A stretch of 64,000 nt of DNA from Kudoa neothunni (taxonomy: Eukaryota; Animalia; Cnidaria): NCBI GenBank assembly GCA_964304625.1, contig OZ199840.1, positions 6,318,920-6,382,919 of the forward strand, in the 5' to 3' direction. Made by a program: the position numbers and the translations under genes. The notes beneath the pieces were generated by a model. That model was not told the origin of the DNA. It did not search any database and worked only from the letters and a program-made list of their open reading frames with translations. Within the stretch, counting starts at the first letter, position 1; each line of letters begins with the position of its first letter. Of this stretch, positions 27,144 through 39,539 are shown piece after piece.

Positions 27144-28316
27144 GTCACCACAGCAACTACTTCGAAACAATCGATGACGAAATATTAAGAAGATTAAATG
27201 TATTTAACGTAAATCATATATAAAATGTAACTAATTCACAACTTAACATCATCACTATTGAAATTGCTTTAAAATTTTGCATATAGGTTAAATGTACGTT
27301 TGATAGTGGGATATGGCGTATAGAAATTGTGGCATTATGGCGGAATCAACGATAGTATTCGGTTTGAATTAAATAACTCGGTAAATTCTATTTTTTTTCT
27401 TGTTCTATTTTATCGAATTTCCAGATATTAATATAAGTGTATCAAAAATCACATTCGACCGTTGTTTTTTGGCTATTCTTATTATCATTACATAAACCAA
27501 TAGGTGATTAGAGACTTCGAAATTAAGAGGATTAACAATTTTCATTTAGTTAATGAGTTTTGTTACCATTTCAATAATACTATAGACTAAAAATTCAAAT
27601 TTGGCGATTTCCGTATAGATAAAGCATATACTATAAACGATGCCAAGAAATACAACCGAAGTGTGCCTTAAGAAAACATCGTTCGTTATCGGTAATTAAT
27701 TTTTCGTCAACAAATACTAATCTAATTGTAGGGGAAATAATTCCCCAAGGACGAATAAAATTGAGAAATACCATTTTTCTGGAGCTGCGTACGCTTATTT
27801 AAGCAATAAGATTGTAGCTAGAAACGTGAAAAATGGGGACCAATAATGTTCCTGCAAGTTGGATTCAGCCAAATTTCCTTGTGTTAAAGGATTTTTAATT
27901 TTGTAAGTACTGTGTAGATTCTTAACTTATTCCAGGTTTCTCTACCTCTAAGACACAGAGAGCATTGTAGTATTACGTAAGCGGCAATAGTTTCTATTAC
28001 GTTTAAATATAATAATTTGGTTGTTAATATAAGTGAAAATTTTTTCAAAAATTGTATCTGTGTTTATACCAATGCATACCGTAATACAGTAACACCGGCC
28101 AAAAAATTATTACATGATAATTTTTAGAACTTTTTTTATTTTATGTAAATTTTGAATAAATTATTTCTTTCAAAAACTTAAAATTTATTGTTGAGCATGA
28201 AAGTAATCATTAATTATAAGGCACACAACTAAGTGCCGTAAAGTGAATAGAAAACTGACCACGTGCTTAAGGTCCTATGTTTAACCGACCACGCCTGTTC
28301 TTACTTAAGTGAAAAT

Positions 28317-29557
28317 ATGAAGTTTCAGAATTTGTTTGATGCTATTAATGAGATGGAAAACGATGAAGGTGAATATTCTCCAATAGATACTGTTGCATTG
28401 TCTCCAGATCATATCGACGAATTGATTGACAAAGAAGATAATACTATAACAGCACACTCTGAAAACGTCGATATTACTGATAAACCTGAAATATGCGGAT
28501 CTATAAAATTTTTTACATAAACATATGAAGAAAATGATAATGTCAATATATCTAACGTGTGGCAAAATTTTTCCTCAACAATTAATGACGACGAAAATAT
28601 AATCAAAAATAATGCTGAGATTTTAGCCGAAAAAACATATACCCAAAATCCTTTAAACGGGAACGAATTAAATTCTCTTGAAGCATTTAATCATATGTTT
28701 GATGAGAGACTATTGATTCACATTGTGAGACAAACTAATCTGTATGCCCGACAAAAAAATTATCATAATTTCCACATTGATTTAAAAGAATTGAAATCGT
28801 TTATTGGTATTTTTCTATTATCAGGATATAATAAATTTCCAAAACAGCACATTTACTGGGAATCTGCTTATGACGCTGATGTGAAGATTATAAAAAAATA
28901 GCAGGTCATTGAAAAGATTTAAGGAAATAAAAATGTTCCTTCACTTTAATGACAACTCAAAGGTGAACTTTGATGATAAGCTCTTTAAAATAAGACCGGT
29001 CATCAATATGTTAAATGAAAACTTCAAAAAATTTGGAATTTTTCATAAGTATATATCTATTGATGAGCACATGATTCCACATACAGGACATCATTCCCGC
29101 AAAATGTTTACGAAAGGCAAACCGATACGTTTCGGATTCAAAAACTGGATAATGAGGTCATCGTGCGGATATGTTTACAATTTTGATGTTTACACGGGCA
29201 AGTCAACAACATATGACACTAAAATTGGTATTGGAAGTAGCGTTCTCAGAAATTTTTGCAAACACAAAAAAATGAGACATCTATCTGTTGTTTGATAATT
29301 TTTTCTCGTCGTATAAACTGATGGCTGAATTAGTCAAAGGTGGCATAAAAGCCATTGTTACAGTGAGACCAAATCGAATCGGAAATTGCCCCCTTACCCC
29401 ACTTAATATTCTGGGGGAAAAACCGAGAGACCTACGAATGCTTTTTGGAAAAAACAGCAAAATTTTAATTACCCAGTGGAATGATACCAAACCAGTTATC
29501 CTAATCAACAATTTTTGTGGCGTTGACCCATTGTGTAGCGTTAAAAGATACTGCAGG
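28317..29557 (+). pseudogene. piggyBac transposase fragment (PGBD3-like), 3'-truncated
   Basis: HIVRQTNLYARQ, ELKSFIGI, FLHFNDN, DKLFKIRP, SIDEHMIP, KPIRFGFKNW, FDNFFSS, QWNDTKPV, with stops and frameshifts. Confidence 0.85.
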
Positions 29558-29561
29558 TTAA

Positions 29562-29866
29562 CCCTCTAACGGGTTTGGGATGTATTACACCCCGAACCAC
29601 CTTTAATCTGGGTATAAAATTCTACGACCTCATCGAAAGTTGAAATGTACGCTATTCTCCTATATTTAATAAACGTATCATATATCAAAAACTTGGCTAA
29701 AATATAAGTTCAGGTCATGCTCAGAGAAAATCCCATCCTCTAACGGGCTTGGGGTGAAAAACACCCCAGACTTTTTTTTTGTATATTTACTCAAAAAATA
29801 ATTTTGAATTCGCTTGAAAATTTTTAGTAAATTCTATCGATAGAACTTGGAGAATATTTGCATCTA
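29562..29866 (+). mobile_element. Solo end of a second piggyBac-like element
   Basis: TTAA|CCCTCTAACGGG..., repeated internally at about 29737 with GGGGT-N7-ACCCC. Confidence 0.55.
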
Positions 29867-30313
29867 CAGTCGTGACTCGATACTTTGTAATTTAACAAAA
29901 ATTAGCATTATACATTTTAATTAACAAAATTAAAAAATTAAATCAATTCGATATGCTTAATTGGATTATTATGAAAAGAAATTATTATTTTGAACAAGCG
30001 GATATACGACAAAATAAAAAAAACCTTGTGTCTCGCTATTGCGTAACTTATTTTCCACATTTTAATCCCTTTAATTCATTGGTTGCAATATCGTAAACAT
30101 GGTAAACTATCAAAGAACTATAGAAAGTAAAATTAAAATAATTGATTATTATAATTCTTTTAAGTCTATAGCTGGTGTAATCTTTTATTGAAAATAACAT
30201 TAATTGTTTATTTAAACAATGATTACGAGGTGTTGTGTCGTTTAAGTGTGTGTCTTATTCAAGCGTAATTTAAAAAAGACAACAATTTGGCGTGCTGGGC
30301 AGGATCAAACGAC

Positions 30314-31647
30314 ATGGAAAACAAACAGCTATTACAACTCGTGGAACAACAGCAACAAATTCTAAGCTACCTCACTGGAATTGCGGACAGGCAACCGCCA
30401 ACAACCGGTCCACCATTCCAGCCCTACAATCACGAAAATGAGACCTGAAAAACATATGTTTCAAGGATAAAAGAGCATTTCACAGCTCACTACGTCGATG
30501 AGTCCTTATACAAACCTCTGCTTTTATCATGGATAGACAGAGTCGTACCAATTGTACGAGAAACTATTCGCAGAAGACGAAAGATCTACCTGCTCCTTCG
30601 ACGACATTATCGGCAAGCTGCAAGACTATTTAGCAGCTCAGGATCACGAAGTCTCCGCCCTGGTAAAATTTTTCAATTGCCAGATGAAGCCAAACTGATT
30701 GTATGCTCAATGGGCTGCGGAATTAGAATCGTTGGCTAGAAAATGTAATTACTCTTGCAAAAGCTGCAAGAAATCCTACAGCTCTCGAATAATTCGGGAT
30801 CTAATTATCCTAAACACACCTCACCCAAGAGTACAAGGTAACTGCATCGACCAAAAGAAACCCACACTTCAAGATGTGGTAAATATAGGTGATCGCCACC
30901 TGATCACGAAACAAGCAGTGGCATCCATTAAACAAGAGATTCCAATTGGCAATCAAGTTGAGAACAATATACATCAACTAAAACCCAACTATTCACACAA
31001 CAAACGGAGAAAATTTTCTAAGCGTCAATATCTTCACTCATGCAAATATTGTTTTGTGAATCATAGCAGAGAAAACTGTAGATTCCGGAAGCATAAATGC
31101 ACATACTATACTCGTATGGGGCACACAGAAGATGTTTGTCTCAAGAAAGAGAACCCAAAATAAAGCAAGATCAAACCAACAATCGAAATATAATAACGAT
31201 AAAGTTAACAATATGGTTGACATTCAAAATATCATCGTGACTCCAAAAATCAATGGTATGTTTGTTAAATTGCAAATTAACAAGAGAGATGTTACTTTCC
31301 AATTGGATACTGGTGCGGCCAAAACAATAATTGATCAACAAACTTATGCGAAAATTTGGCACCCCCCGATTTCAACCACCAACGTTCAACTTAAAACTTA
31401 TGGAGGCACACGATTACGAATTCACGGAGAATGTTCAGTTCTAGTCGATATGAACAATAAGGCAATCCAACTAACTGTCCTTGTGGTTCATCGCGAGACA
31501 TCTCGAAATCTACTTGGAATGGATTGGCTCTCAAAATTTTGTAATCTTTGGAAATCAATGGTCACTCCTATACCATATCCAAAATTAGCTCAAGTGAAGA
31601 GAATTCAGTTTTTCTACAACATCCAAACTTGTTCACACCAAAATTAG
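30314..31647 (+). pseudogene. Gypsy gag and aspartic protease, disrupted
   Basis: ATG 30314; in-frame TGA stops; tandem zinc knuckles CKYCFVNHSRENC / CTYYTRMGHTEDVC; protease LDTGA in a shifted frame. Confidence 0.85.
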
Positions 31648-31664
31648 GATGTTAGCGTTATGGT

Positions 31665-34370
31665 TTGGAGAAATTGCATGCTGAACAAGGTGCTCATCCA
31701 ATACGGCTGCAAACGAGATCAGTTCCGTTTGCACTTTTTAATGTAGTGAAAGAAGAACTAAGCCGGCTTGAATCTTTGGATGTTATTAAAAAAGTTCATC
31801 ATAGTGACTGGACCACTCCAATTGTAATTGTTAGGAAAGATTCAAAACGAATAAGAATATGTGGTGATTTTAAAGCAACAATCAAAAAAGTGTTGAAAAC
31901 TGACCAATACCCAATTTTCAAACAAGAGGAACTCTATTTAAAATTACAGGGTGGCCAACTGTTTTCAAAAGTTGATCTGTCCGATGCATATTTTCGATTG
32001 GAGTTATATGAGGATAGTCAAAAGCTCACTACCATCACAACGGTTCAAGGGTTATATCAGTACAAACGACTCCCATTCGGAATATCAAGTGCTCCCGCTA
32101 TATTCCAAAGAATTATAGAACAACTGATTTCTGATTTGCCCGGAACGGCAGCTTATCTGGATGATATTATCGTCACCGGCAAGAATCTTGAAGAGCACAC
32201 AAATAACTTAAACCGTGTACTTCATAAGCTGTCACAAGAAGGTTTTACATGTAGACAAGAAAAATGTCAATTATTCCAAAAACAAGTAACTTACTTGGGT
32301 CATATAATCGACTCAAAAGGAATCCGTCCTTCGAGGGAAAACACAAAAGCAATAGAATTGCTACCTGCGCCTACCAATGTATCACAATTGATGTCATTTC
32401 TCGGAAAGGCTGAGTTCTATAGGAAATTTGTCCCAAATTTGGCAAACATTGCTGAACCATTGAACAGCCTTCGTAGAGCAAGTAAGGTCTTCAAATGGGA
32501 AAGAAAAGAAGCTGATGCCTTCAACAAAATCAAAAATGCCATTGTGAATGCTACTTCATTAACACATTTTGATCCAAATAAAGTACTTATCTTGGCAACA
32601 GATGCTTCAAATGTTGGAGTCGGAGCGGTCATTCTTCACAGAATAGATGATGGAAGTGAATTTCCGATAGCACATGCTTCCAAGACTCTGAACGCTACAC
32701 AACGCAGATATTCACAAATTGAAAAAGAAGCGCTGTCAATAATTTTTGGAGTAAAGAAATTCCACCAATACTTATACGCCAAGAAGTTCATTATAATAAC
32801 AGATCATCAACCTCTCATTTCCTTATTCTGTCCTTCAAAGAAGACAAGTGTTACAACGACACAACGTCTGCAACGATGGTCACTCTTACTGTCGAACTAC
32901 AAATATACATTGGAGTACCGTAGTAAAAAACGACATGGGAATGCCGATGCTCTATCGCAACTTCCAATCGGCGGCGATGAAAAATTCGACCGGGAAGAAG
33001 AAGAGGAAGACAAACAAGCAATATGTTTTGTGAACATGATCTCAACGTTTCCAATAGACTTTGAACTTATTCAAGAAAAGGGACTACAAGACCCCGAATT
33101 CGAACAATTGAGAAAATATATTGTAAACGGATGGCCTAAATCTTTAAAAAAGAATCAAGAAAAGAGAAATTATTACAACGTACGGAATGCGTTATCATGT
33201 AAGGATGGAATCTTATTGATTGATACACCTACGATGAGACCAGTTATTCCCAAACAATTACGACAGAATTATCTGTCTCAACTTCACAAGGGTCATTGGG
33301 GAATAGAAAAAATGAAAAGTCTTTCCCGACGTACTTGTTACTGGCCAAAAATGACACACGACATAGAAGAGTATGTTAAAAAATGTGACATTTGCAAAAG
33401 TCATGCTGATGCGCCTCCGCGTCAATATAAACCATGGCCATCTCCAATGTCACCATGGGAGAGAGTCCATATTGATTATGCTGGACCATTCAAAGGCCAT
33501 TACTGGTTTTTCATCGTAGATGCTTATTCTAAGTATCCATACGTGTGCTGTTGTGATGATATGACAGCTGAAACAACTTGCAAAATATTGGATCAAGTAT
33601 TTACAATCGAAGGGTTTCCACAAACCTTAGTATCAGATAATGGTCCACAATTATTATCAAATAGAGTGGAACGATATCTGAATTCCAGCGGTGTTAATCA
33701 TATAACCTCACCTCCTTATCACTCAGCCTCCAACGGCCAAGCCGAACGGTTCGTTAGAAGTTTTAAGGAAACTATGATGAAACTAATGGCTGATGGTAAA
33801 AGCTTACAGAAAGCTCTATCAACCTTCCTTAAAACCTATCGGTTTACTTCAGCAATGGATGGGCTTACACCTGCGGAAAAATTACATGGTACTAGAACGC
33901 CTAATTTTCCCTCATCCTTACGAAAACATCCTACTCAATCAAGTAAGTTTAATCAAAATGATAATATATATTTTAGATTTGGACCTAATAAATTATGGAA
34001 GTCTGGAAAAGTTGTCAAACAATTAGGCAACATGATCTATTTAATTAAAACGGATCATGGTTATGCTAAACTGCATCAAAATCAACTTATTCGCAGGTAT
34101 AGCTGCGCCATTATTCCATCAGTATCAATGGAAGATGTTGAACTATTTCCATCCTATAACTTGGATTCTACTAACACTGAGCTAGAGAATGCTGATGATG
34201 GCGCTAAAAGGGCTTTAAATGACACACGACTGGGTGAAACTCCACCACGTGCGTCACCTAAAAATATTTCAGATGAAATAAGCGAGGAAATTCAAATCGA
34301 ATGCCCGAATCAACGACCACGTCGAAATCGAACACGTCCTAGCCACCTAAAGGTCTTTGTTACCCCCTAG
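31665..34370 (+). CDS. Gypsy pol (RT, RNase H, integrase), uninterrupted 901 codons
   Basis: YKRLPFG, YLDD, ATDAS, IEKE, TDH, HKGH..CDIC, HIDY, SDNG, QAERF. Confidence 0.92.
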   Translation: MEKLHAEQGAHPIRLQTRSVPFALFNVVKEELSRLESLDVIKKVHHSDWTTPIVIVRKDSKRIRICGDFKATIKKVLKTDQYPIFKQEELYLKLQGGQLFSKVDLSDAYFRLELYEDSQKLTTITTVQGLYQYKRLPFGISSAPAIFQRIIEQLISDLPGTAAYLDDIIVTGKNLEEHTNNLNRVLHKLSQEGFTCRQEKCQLFQKQVTYLGHIIDSKGIRPSRENTKAIELLPAPTNVSQLMSFLGKAEFYRKFVPNLANIAEPLNSLRRASKVFKWERKEADAFNKIKNAIVNATSLTHFDPNKVLILATDASNVGVGAVILHRIDDGSEFPIAHASKTLNATQRRYSQIEKEALSIIFGVKKFHQYLYAKKFIIITDHQPLISLFCPSKKTSVTTTQRLQRWSLLLSNYKYTLEYRSKKRHGNADALSQLPIGGDEKFDREEEEEDKQAICFVNMISTFPIDFELIQEKGLQDPEFEQLRKYIVNGWPKSLKKNQEKRNYYNVRNALSCKDGILLIDTPTMRPVIPKQLRQNYLSQLHKGHWGIEKMKSLSRRTCYWPKMTHDIEEYVKKCDICKSHADAPPRQYKPWPSPMSPWERVHIDYAGPFKGHYWFFIVDAYSKYPYVCCCDDMTAETTCKILDQVFTIEGFPQTLVSDNGPQLLSNRVERYLNSSGVNHITSPPYHSASNGQAERFVRSFKETMMKLMADGKSLQKALSTFLKTYRFTSAMDGLTPAEKLHGTRTPNFPSSLRKHPTQSSKFNQNDNIYFRFGPNKLWKSGKVVKQLGNMIYLIKTDHGYAKLHQNQLIRRYSCAIIPSVSMEDVELFPSYNLDSTNTELENADDGAKRALNDTRLGETPPRASPKNISDEISEEIQIECPNQRPRRNRTRPSHLKVFVTP

Positions 34371-36086
34371 GAGGGAGGAATGTAATTCTTTATTGAAAAT
34401 AACATTAATTGTCTATAAAAACAATAATCACGAGGTGTTATGTCGTTTAAGTGTGTGCCATATTCAAGCGTAATTTAAAAAATACAACAGCTGGTGCTAA
34501 ATCTATGACTGTAAAACATTTTGGTTTACCAAGTGACTGTAACTTAAATATTTTTCGGTAATTTAAAATAGACCATTCTACTCTTGATAGAATCTTGTCA
34601 AAACAAGATCAAGTTACAAATTCAAGTATTGTAATATCTATGAAATGATTTAGACCCCCAAAATATGAAGATCTTGAATATAACCTTTACGACTGGATAG
34701 TTTCAATGCGAGATAAAAATAAACTATTATGTGGGTTAATAATTATCGAAAAAGCTTCTATTATTGCCAAAGATATTGGAATCAACAGTTTTAATGGAAG
34801 CAGGGGATGGTTTAATAATTTCAGGATGCGTTACGTTCTAAAAAGTTCTAAATTACGCGGAGAAGCTGGAAGTGCCGACTTTAAATGTATTTACGAATGG
34901 ATGGGCAAGTCGTCTGAGATTTTGTCAAGATACAGCCGAGAAAACATACTAAATTTTTATAAGACTGGTCTTTGCTATGGACAGTTGTTACAGCGTACAT
35001 ACATTACTAAAAATTAATAAAATGTAAAGGGTGTAAAACAATCCAAAAAGCGTGCTACGGTTTTAGTCGCTGCTTCAATGACAGGAGAAAAATTTCCATT
35101 ACGTGTAATAGGAAAATTTAAGAAACCTCGCTGTTTTAAGGGAATTAAAGAGTTTCCGGTTGAATATAATTCTCAAGCGAATGGCTGGATGTCCTCAGAC
35201 ATATTTTTTCGGAACCCCAAAGAGATGAACCGTAGTTTCATTAAAGAAAATAGAAAGATTTCAATTTTATTGGATCGGTGCCCATCTCAACCAAAATCGA
35301 TCGATAATTTGGAAAACATCGAGCTTCTATTTCTGCCGAAAAACACTACCAGTGTGGCGCAACCAATGGATCTGGGAATAATTCATAGTTTTAAATCAAA
35401 TTATGGAAAATTATTATGCAAAGATATTATATTTGAAGAGGATGACCCAGATAGATTTAAATAAACTGTGCTCGATTGATTAAATACTCTAAAATTGGCT
35501 TGGGGAATGATTACGGTATCAACTATTGGTAATTGTTTTACTAAGTCGCCCATTTTCAAAAGTATATTATCGATTATTTCTTTTATTTCTATTGAAAAAT
35601 TAAGATGAGCATATTTTAATGGAATGCGACGATGAAATAACATTATAAGGTAACATAACCGAAGATTTTAATAATTATATTTATAGATAACAATGTTGAT
35701 GATAAATTCTGTCGGAAGAAAATGAATCTTACATCTAGATGAGGATAAGCAATGTAAAGTCACTGTGTGTAGTGAAGATCCTGATTTTGAACAAAAAGAT
35801 GAATTGGTCGCAACATCTCAATTAAAAAGTGCAATTAATACATTAACAAAAGCGTTTATCATCGATAATCCTAAAACCTTATTTTCTCTACGTCCAGTTA
35901 TGGATGTTGTACATGAAATTATTAGTGATAGAACAAAAACCCATAAAATTGATGAGTTCTTTTGTAAGAAATGTTAGAATTAGAAATAGTATGCGTGCGC
36001 GGATGTCTCGATATTTCGTAATGTTTTCTTATTGCATAATATTTTCCCGGTCCTGAATTGTTACGAAATATCGAGTCATTACTATA

Positions 36087-39000
36087 TATATAGTCAATAA
36101 CACAATCCGAAGTAAGGAATTTTCTGGTTGTCTTCACGAACAGCAGATTGAAAAGTACCTGAATAATATTGATATTTGTTTACTTCTGATTGATAGCCAA
36201 TTTAAATGAACTTTTACTCACTATATATAAAAGAGTCTCTTAATTATGGTATAGAATGTTCTAAAAATTTTACGTATGCCTATTCGAAGTACTTTTAAGA
36301 CAAATAAAACAATTAACGTCACATTTACAAGAGTTGTTGCATTTCCTTTAAAATTTGAAGCATAAACAAGTTATTTGATATTTATCTTCTCTTTTCGAGC
36401 GTTATGGATATAGTTAAGTGAAAAGATTATGATCATTTTAAATAAAACACATAATTTGAGATAACAAGTTGTTGCTAAGTTGGAATAATTTGAGTCTCTA
36501 CATGTATCCTAATTGTTCCCTATCTCCAAACCTTAAGATTAATATTCAAATCAATGTACTGTTTTCTTTAGGCTCGCATTAATTCATTATGATATAAAAG
36601 CTGCATAAAAATATGCGACGCCGCATTCTCTACTTAGTTTAAGAATTTATGTTCACGATTACTTTTGCACAAAATACAATCCCCTCTCAATACGTGTCAT
36701 GTAAGTTAATAAGAAATTATTGTCTATTCGATCTAACCGATATTTTCACAAAGTTTTCGTTAATCTAAGAATAGTTCAATACGAAGTAATTTTTTTAGGG
36801 AAATCAAACAGTACGTTAATTTTAAAAGGGGGTGCATTCCTCCAAGAAAACCAGTTGATGTTTAAGCATCACTGTAATTTTTCAAACCAAAAATACCTTT
36901 ACATTTTTGATTTAATCGTATTTTGTTAATTAAATGTGTATATTTTTGGACCAGTAAGTAATCTTGATAAAAAGCAAGGTTGGATTTATTTATAAATGGG
37001 GAAATTTTGTTACAATAGTGAATACGTAAGTTACCGCTCACAGATTTTTAAAACATCATTGGCATCATTATAAAATTGCGAAAAAAGGAGTAAAAATTAA
37101 TATTTATATTTCGGAGGCAAGTTAGGTTGATTTTATTTTTTTAGCGTTTGTAGACTAATAATAAATTTTATAACTAGAAGGGTTAATTTTTACCGCAGAA
37201 TTTTGAAAGAATTGAAAGTCCTAGTTGAGTTAATTAATGATTTTGTTCCATAAATAACTGAACTTTAATCGCTAATTAAATTTCTCTTAAAATTAAGGTC
37301 ATCATAGTTTTAGTCAATAATTCGTAAAATAAACTTAAAAATACTCTTAACCCTCCGGAGCATGCATGGGGTCTTTTAGACCCCGCGTGATTCTAATATT
37401 GCTATAACATCTTTTTGGTTTAAGCTAACGACTCGTAATTAATTCTATTCGCATATTTTTTTACGAACATTTCATTGATTTAAAAGGTATGGATTTTGAA
37501 AAATTTCTACATTATGATAACAATGATGCATTTTCGTCGGATTCGAAGACATATAGTTCCGACTCCTGCTTTGGTAACATACTATCGGAAAATAGTGAGA
37601 TGTCTGATTCTGATATTTCCAAAGACTTTGACAATGAAGAAATGATTGTTGCCTGTCCAAATACCAATAAAGAAACATCACATGGAAATGATTATGAATG
37701 GTCTTCTAATCCAGTCGGTTTGTTTGGCAAAGAAAGAAAGCATGATATTATTCAAGAAAAGCATCTAACCAGTCTTCCTGATAATGTGAATACGGAGTCT
37801 GAGATATGGAGCTTGTTTATTACAGACGAAATATTGTACGACATATTACATTTCACAAATGTCCATCTAAAAAAACACCAACTAATTTCAAAAGAAAAAG
37901 AGATTGTGTTGAATTTGATTTATGCGAGATAAAAGCGTTTATATGTTTACATTATTTTCTTGGAGTATAAAAGCTAATTTAACCAGTATGAATGAACTCT
38001 AAACACATGATATCTTTGGATTTCCAATTTGCAAGAAATAATTCGGCCAAAATAGATTTAAGTTGTTGAAACATTGTCTACGTTTTGCGAATGATTCTTC
38101 ATTAACATTGGAGTCGTCTAATGATAGATAATTTAAAATTAGATATATTACTAGCCGCATAAAATCAAATTTCTTAGAATATTATACTCCAACAGAATAT
38201 TTAACAATATTCGAAATGCTTCGAGCATTTAGGGGAAACTGTCTTTTTAAGCAATACATGCCGTTAAAGCCCGCAAGATGTGTCATAAAAATTTTTAATA
38301 TGGCTGGTGCTAAAACATTCTATAACTTAAACATTGAGGTATATTTAGGTGCTCAAAATGTTGACTTTCACAAAGTTGATAACTCACCGAAAAGATTGGT
38401 ATTGCGATTAGTTGAGCCAATATTAGGTTCTGGTAGAATCTTTATGGCAGATAATTGGTTTACCTCAGTTCCTCTCCAAAGAATTACTGAAACAAGGTAT
38501 CACTGCATGTGGTACTATTTGAGAAAATAAAAAGGAGATTCCTTCTGAATTTCTACCAACGAAGACAAAAGAGACATATTCATTCATGTTTGGCTTTACC
38601 AATGATTTTACATTGCTGTCGTACACTCAAAAAAAAACAGATCCGTCATATTATTGAGTTCTTTTCACCAAAAACTAGTAATCGATTCAAATCATCCTCA
38701 GGAACTTACAGAAATTATTTCATTTTATAATTCCACCAACGGAGATGTAGACATAATCGACCAAATGTGCGCCAATTATTCTACATATAGAACCACCCGA
38801 AGATGGTCAGCAATAATATTTCATGCGCTTCTAGATGTAGTTTCAATAAATTCATATGTAATTTATTGTTTACATACGAAGAAAAATATTCGGAGAAAAG
38901 AATTCTTAAAATTGTTAGTAATACAATTACTAGAACAATAAATGAATCACAGTAGTACAGATTCATTTATTTAATAATAATATTAATGTTGATAAGGAAA

Positions 39001-39494
39001 AATAAAAGAATGTGAACAAATATATATCGTTGCAGATAGAAGAAGATATCATATATGTGTCGGGAAAAATGATCGTAAACGCAATCAAAATGCGATATTT
39101 ATTAAGGCAATATTTTCAACAAACATTTTAAAGTTATATGCGACGATTTTTATGTTAAACGATAAATGTTTTTTTAAATATAACGCTCTATTTTCATCAT
39201 TTTCTTCGTGGGGTCTAAAAGACCCCTCGCGTGCTCCGGATGGTTAATTTCTCTCAATACTTCTATTTATATTTGAATGAAAAATGTGCGCATAATTTTG
39301 TTTATCTAAATTAACACGTCGCAAAAATAATGACAAGCTTAAAAATGCATAAATTAAAAGAGAAAAATAAGATTTTCTGGGTTTAAAATGCTGATTAGAT
39401 TAACTCTTCCGTAAAATTTCTCTATTCAAACATCAAATTAAAAGTTAAAATTTTCCATCACACTGTATCAGGTAAAACTGGGCATACGTGCTAT
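36087..39494 (+). mobile_element. Helitron-like element copy 2 (5'-truncated), split by piggyBac
   Basis: Collinear with 11.9-13.57 kb. The TTAA at 13325 in copy 1 is the empty site of the piggyBac insertion here. Confidence 0.7.
37351..39243 (+). mobile_element. piggyBac transposon, complete ends, dead transposase
   Basis: TTAA TSD on both sides; 37-bp TIR CCCTCCGGAGCA..GGGGTCTTTTAGACCCC; remnants WSLFITDEIL..FTN, FKQYMPLKP, ADNWFTS, YNSTNGDVDIIDQM, TTRRW. Confidence 0.9.
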
Positions 39495-39539
39495 TTACTT
39501 AAAAACCAAAAAGGCGTTAGTCTACGTCAGGTGTTAGCC

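Larger units (their letters stand above)
30176..34489 (+). mobile_element. Ty3/Gypsy LTR retrotransposon, Mag-like, full length
   Basis: 109-bp TG..CA LTRs (30176-30284 and 34381-34489), 5-bp TSD GCTGG, PBS TGGCGTGCTGGGCAGGAT (tRNA-Ser-like), PPT AGGAGGGAGGAA, and gag-PR-RT-RH-IN order. Confidence 0.95.
29867..36084 (+). mobile_element. pogo/Tigger (DD31D) transposon, decayed, interrupted by a Gypsy element
   Basis: TA|CAGTCGTGACTCGATACTTTGTAA ... TTACGAAATATCGAGTCATTACTA|TA. Transposase pieces SRGWFNNFRMRY..LRGEAGS, VIGKFKKPRCF, LLDRC..PKNTTSVAQPMDLGII. Confidence 0.85.

Noticed and set aside
31130-31670. Programmed frameshifting at the gag/PR and PR/RT junctions
   Set aside because: The two shifts cancel and gag is already broken; mutation or sequencing error is simpler.
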